DNA of 63,520 nucleotides, counting the filler, from Stramenopiles sp. TOSAG23-3 (lineage: Eukaryota): the NCBI GenBank assembly GCA_900128585.1. It is 37 parts of 37 records of this genome, joined end to end, with 100 filler letters (N's around TTAATTAATTAA, not from the genome) between each part and the next. Parts side by side here need not be neighbours in the genome. Positions count along the whole stretch, not along the records: positions 58,492 to 60,101 come from LT645623.1; positions 60,202 to 61,811 come from LT645624.1; positions 61,912 to 63,520 come from LT645625.1; 34 more parts are not named here. One strand, given 5' to 3'. Below are positions 58,492-63,520 of this stretch, one piece after another. The position numbers were made by a program, and so were the translations under genes. The notes below the pieces were generated by a model that was not told the DNA's origin, ran no database searches, and saw nothing but the letters and a program-made list of their open reading frames with translations. Positions within the stretch are counted from its first letter, which is position 1. Every line of letters starts with the position of its first letter.

Positions 58492-60101
58492 GGGAAGAGC
58501 AGTTCAATAGCTTCCCCCAAGCGCGGTGCGCAGCCCAAACGAAAAAATACAACCGTTGACGACGTTGCCATCGTGCGTTGTTTGCGAATGGACCGATTAC
58601 TCTTTGCAGTGACCCGGTACGTTGCTGAAAACCAAGGGCCACAGTTTGTAGACCCCCCGGCCTTCAACCTGAGCGCAATCTACAAATCGTCTACCTTCAA
58701 AACCCCACTTGTATTCGTCTTGTCCCCTGGTGTTGACCCTACCAAACAATTAACCACTTTGGCGGCCGATCTTGGGCAAACAACTGGTATTTGTGCTCTT
58801 GGTCAGGGACAAGGTCCCCGAGCGGAGTCTTTGCTGGACGAAGGTGTTAAGAAAGGCTCGTGGGTGTTTCTTGCCAACTGTCACCTGATGTTGAGCTGGA
58901 TGCCTATTTTGGAAAAGCGAATTGACATGATTGGCGATGGCACCATAGATGCCTTGCCAGAATTTCGGCTATGGCTATCAAGTAACCCCGACCCGAAATT
59001 TCCTATTACCATTTTACAGGCTGCTATAAAAATTACGACCGAGCCCCCTAGTGGACTTCGCCCTAATTTGACGCGAATGATAAATCTCGTGTCTGAAGAG
59101 CAGTTTGAGCGGTGTGAGAAGAAAAATATCTTCAAACCATTACTATTCAGTCTGTGCTGGTTTCATGCCATCTTAATTGAGAGGCGTAAATTTCGCAACT
59201 TAGGATTTAACATTCCTTATGAATTTAATGAATCTGATTTTGTAATCAGCCAAGACGTACTGGGTCTTTACGTAGATGCGTATGAAAGAACCCCGTGGGA
59301 TGCACTGAAGTATTTAATTTCGCAAGCAAATTATGGGGGGCGTGTAACCGACGAACTAGACGCTAGGCTGATCCAAGTATATATTTCTCAATTTTTCAAC
59401 CCGGATGTTCTTGCCATACAAAATTACCCACTTTCAGAGTTAAAAACGTACGTTACCCCGCCACCAGCAGCGCTGGAAGCGTACAAAAACATTATCAATG
59501 ATCTTCCACAGGAAGACGACCCGCGTGCGTTTGGACAACACCCAAATGCAGCTATCGCTTCGCAAATCAGCAATTCTCTGGATTTGCTACGAACCTTGCT
59601 AAGCTTAGCGCCGCAAACTGCGGGGGAAGGCGGCGAGACGCCCGGTGAAATTGTTTTAAAAGTTGCACGAAGTATGAAAGAGCAGATGCCAGCGGTATTC
59701 AGAATGAAAGATATCATAGAAGAGTTGTCCTCTCGCTCTGATCCAGACCCTCTGAAGACGGTCCTGTTGCAAGAGTTAGACCGGTACAATAAACTGTTAA
59801 AGGTTTTGCAAACTAGCCTTGCGCAGCTAGAGCTTGGGATTCAAGGCCTGTCTGTAATCACACCAGAGCTAGAAGAAGTCTTCAACGGCATGCTTTCTGG
59901 GCAAGTCCCTGATATGTGGGCGTTCGCATACCCTTCACTGAAACCACTAGGTGCATGGACGCGTGATCTCTTTTTGAGGATCGAACAAATGGATAAGTGG
60001 GCAAAGGTCGCCTTACCGAAAGTGTTCTGGTTCACCGGTTTTACGTACCCGACCGGTTTCCTCACTGCACTTTTGCAGACATGCGCACGAAAGACCGGAG
60101 A
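58492..60101 (+). CDS. Dynein heavy chain, probably axonemal; AAA6/lid/C-terminal fragment
   Basis: FVLSPGVDP, LGQGQGP, WVFLANCHL, FRLWLSS, ERRKF, YEFNESD, NYGGRVTD, FGQHPNA. Confidence 0.97.
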
Positions 60102-60201
60102 NNNNNNNNNNNNNNNNNNNNNNNNNNNNNNNNNNNNNNNNNNNNTTAATTAATTAANNNNNNNNNNNNNNNNNNNNNNNNNNNNNNNNNNNNNNNNNNN
60201 N

Positions 60202-61626
60202 GCGATGGTGAATCCCTTGCGCGTACAACGCTTTCATACCGCACGCCACGTCAAACACCAAACCGAGCGCCATCTCTTTCGAAAGCGGAAGGTTCTCCTC
60301 CTTGTCGAGCATTGCACGAAGGCTTCCTTCCGGCGCGTACTCCATGACCATTACCAACTGGCCCTCCAGGCCCGTCACCGCCCCGTATACCAGGATGACC
60401 CGGGGGTTGCGAACCGAGCACATGAGCGCAAATTCTTTTCGAAAGCTGTTGTACAGTTTCGTCTGTTCTGGGACGGTCATCCCTCCGGTGCGGATGACTT
60501 TTCCCGCGCACGTCGTCCCATTGTACTTTAATTTGTAGACTTCTCCCTGCGCCCCTCGTCCAATCGGGGTGCGGGGTTGTCCAAAATCGATGTCCTCGGG
60601 GCGGATTTCGTTCGTGCTGTTTGCGCGATCGATCTGGCGCTTTGCATCGTCGAACTCTCCCCGCTTGCGCAAGGCATCTTTCACGTCCTTCTGGCCTTTT
60701 AATAGCGCGTTGAAATTCGTCTGGTCCCTCTTCCCTGCCGCGGTGATCTGCGTCATGATCGTGTCCATTGCCAGCTGAACCGACCGGGCCCTCCTGTCCG
60801 CGCCTTTCTCGGCGGCGAGATGGTGCTTTCCCATGAAGAGCTTGAGGCTTTCCAGTTGCACCCCCTGCAGCCTTTGGGCACGCTCGTTTTTTGCAAATTC
60901 CTCGAACAATCGCTCTTCCATCGCTTTTCGGTCATCGCCGGACTGGTCCGCGCGGTCCTGAAGGGCTTCCATCATGGCAAGCAACTCGTCGCTTCGGATG
61001 GCTTCTAAAATCTCCCGGTTCTGCCCAAGGGCTATGGTTCCCAAGTTGACTTGAATCGTTTCGATTTCGCGGGAAATGTCGGCGTTGATGCGCTCGTATT
61101 CTTCATGAAAGGAGACCGCCCCAAATATCTGACGCAGCCGGCCGTGCCCAGAGTGTTCTTTCACCATTTGTTCGAGCCCTTCGACGTGCCCCAACAGCTC
61201 CGTCAGCCCAGCAACGTAGGGCTTCCCCTTTTCTTTCATGTTGGCGTACTCGTGCGCACAGGTTCGAATGACGAGCGCGAGCCCCTTGCATCGCTCGGCC
61301 GCGAGCTTGCACTGCTTCTTGTTGTGCTGTGCCGTAATCGCCATCCCGTACACTGCCCCCAGCGATGTAAATATCGCGCCGACCACGGGCCCGATGACCG
61401 GGACGAGGCCACTAATCCCGGCAGCGGCAGCAGCGAACGTGCCCCCGACGCTTACGGACAGCGCCGTTTTAGTTGTTGTCGCGGTGCCTGCGACCTTCAA
61501 AGTAAGCGACGCCAAGGCGTCTCCCGCAATGCTTGACATTCCCGAAGTGGCGCCGGCAACAGCCCCAGCGGCATTGCCCGCAGACCGGCTAGCAGCACTT
61601 TTCGCGCTGGTCGCAAAGCTTGACAT
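60202..61626 (-). CDS. MLKL-like protein: N-terminal four-helix-bundle (HeLo-like) domain, helical brace, TKL kinase (3' partial)
   Basis: VPVIGP..A.HNKKQCK.AAERC..L..L..V..H..RLRQIF..F..EY.RIN..I; kinase IGRGAQGEVY, AGK, KE, VMEYA..GSL, GIHHR. Confidence 0.8.
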
Positions 61627-62665
61627 GATAAGGGTATGTTCCTGTTGTTGTTGTTGTTCTTCTGAATTGTTGAATTGTTAAATTGCTTTCCTTTTCCCTT
61701 TCCCTTTGTCTCTCTGTGTCTGTCTTTCCAATTCGCTCTTTTCGATTGGATCAATTCATTTCATAAATTCCTATTTAAAATGGTCTTTGTCATTCCGCGG
61801 GGGGGGGGGGTNNNNNNNNNNNNNNNNNNNNNNNNNNNNNNNNNNNNNNNNNNNNTTAATTAATTAANNNNNNNNNNNNNNNNNNNNNNNNNNNNNNNNN
61901 NNNNNNNNNNNAGCAAAGAAGGCAAAGAAGAAACGATCCAGTGAACGGTCAATAGAAGACGTTAAAATCGATGTCGTAGAGCGCGAAGAGGAGACAAAAG
62001 ACCCAAAAAATTCGTCCGATGAAGATTTTACCTTTTAAACTCCATCTCTTCTGGCTTGGGCTAATTTAATAGTAATAATAAAAATTTGGCCATTATCTTC
62101 TATATTCCTATATTAACGTAACTACTAATTATTATGTCATAAAAAATTGAAACCAAGAGCTTATTTTTAGAATACACTGTACAGCATGGAAACAATAAAA
62201 CTTCCATCATTTATTATTACACAGCATCCTATTCCATAACGTGTAACGAACTCTTGCTACATTCTAATTAAGGATACTTTTCTGTGCAACAATACAACAT
62301 TCAGCAGGTCAGCAGGCCGGGCGTACGTCTGCATATACCAACCTTAATTAAACAAGAGAATATTTTTTCTTCTTCATAAAAAAAATTTGTTCATTGATTA
62401 CGATACTGTGGTGATGTATAAAAAAAAATATATATAAAACCACCGCGGAAGAATAATATAGTCGCAAGTAAATTTTGTCAAAACGACAGTGGGCATAAAT
62501 GGTTTCATTGAAAGAAGAAAGGTTTTTTTGTTTCGAGCAGCTTCAATATGCACATTGTGAAAGCATAGTTTCCGTGTCTAAGTGTAGCAGCATCGACCCC
62601 TTTGATCGTTGCACCGGACGAACGACAGCCCTTTCCCAAGCGTACAAAAACCTTTGCAAGCGATT

Positions 62666-63520
62666 ATGGGGTGCGGGGCATCGGCCGATGGGCCTGGTAG
62701 GAACGTTGATGACTTTGACCCGGGAAGGATCGCGGTGAAAAAGCCAAGGCGGTTTGATATGTCCAACGGGATTCATGTTGCGTACTTGGACCATGCAAAG
62801 CTGGCGATGCATTTGCTCTTTGCCCATTACGATGTGGACGCCAGTGGGAAAATAGATACGCACGAATTGTATCAAATGATGTTAGACAGCGTTGATCAAG
62901 AAGATCGGCACAAAGGGGAATCGAAGGCGAAGGTAGAGAACAGCGATTGGAGCGATGATGATGAGTTTGATCTCATGGGGATGGCAGTAGACGACGTGAC
63001 CCCGTCCAACGTTCCAACGCTCGAGGATGTGACCGACATGATGTACGCCATTGGCGTGGAGCCCGCCACGGATGTGTCCGCCGGTGGGGGGGAACTCTTG
63101 CTCAACGAGCACTTGTTCATCGAGTGGATGCTTGGCGGGATGCGCCGGTCAAAGCAAGAGCGGGAGGAATTTGCCGCCGAAAATGATATTCAAGAAAAAA
63201 TGGTGTACTTTCTGGACGCACTGGGGAAAATGGTGGGGCGAAACGTCGCTTCCATTGAGTTCCTTTTCAGCAACGGCGCCGATGGCCAAGGCGGCGGTTT
63301 CATCGAGAGCGACGAGCTGTTTGCTATCATGTTCAAAGCGCGTAAGAATAAAGCAAACATCAACATGCGCGCTGCACTGTTTGGCGAAGACCCCACTAAA
63401 ATAGGGGTGCCTCCGTTGGTTCCAAACGAGCACCTGGAGTCATTTGTCCGTGCTATGGACCCGGGCGCCGTCCCTGGGGAAACCCCCAAGTTTTACGAGG
63501 CCGCGTTCATCGGCTACCTT
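62666..63520 (+). CDS. EF-hand protein with MGCGAS dual-acylation N-terminus (runs off the window; absent from the ORF track)
   Basis: 285 open codons; EF-hand loop DVDASGKIDTHEL; second degenerate loop DGQGGGFIESDEL. Confidence 0.8.
   Translation, partial: MGCGASADGPGRNVDDFDPGRIAVKKPRRFDMSNGIHVAYLDHAKLAMHLLFAHYDVDASGKIDTHELYQMMLDSVDQEDRHKGESKAKVENSDWSDDDEFDLMGMAVDDVTPSNVPTLEDVTDMMYAIGVEPATDVSAGGGELLLNEHLFIEWMLGGMRRSKQEREEFAAENDIQEKMVYFLDALGKMVGRNVASIEFLFSNGADGQGGGFIESDELFAIMFKARKNKANINMRAALFGEDPTKIGVPPLVPNEHLESFVRAMDPGAVPGETPKFYEAAFIGYL

Noticed and set aside
1633-61911. Regularly spaced TTAATTAATTAA repeats, and gene clusters spanning them
   Set aside because: Artificial linker within N runs; contigs are simply sorted by length, so no synteny can be inferred

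Overview
This window is not one locus. It is 37 short contigs (about 1632 down to 1609 bp, sorted by length) joined by an artificial 100-nt linker (N44-TTAATTAATTAA-N44), so adjacency across linkers has no biological meaning. The content is eukaryotic: Sec23, syntaxin, an axonemal-type dynein heavy chain, frataxin, SUMF1, HAL, a carnitine acyltransferase and a dual-specificity phosphatase. Genes are intron-poor and moderately GC-rich, set in very AT-rich, microsatellite-rich intergenic DNA. This fits a flagellated protist, possibly a heterotrophic stramenopile from a single-cell or metagenome assembly (inference). The top finding is a hidden 95-aa selenoprotein candidate (17596-17883) that the ORF track truncates. 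It has an in-frame TGA at codon 15 (GGG-U-SG motif) and a well-formed type II SECIS hairpin about 35 nt after its TAA stop, and I do not recognise the family. Other notable items are an MLKL-like N-terminal-domain plus kinase protein, a XerC/D-type tyrosine recombinase, a genome-wide MITE-like repeat with TTAA-flanked TIRs, a 1.36-kb TIR element, and secreted precursors carrying repeated CX3C-X11-CX3C or cationic peptides. All family assignments are from motif recognition by eye; no database search was run.
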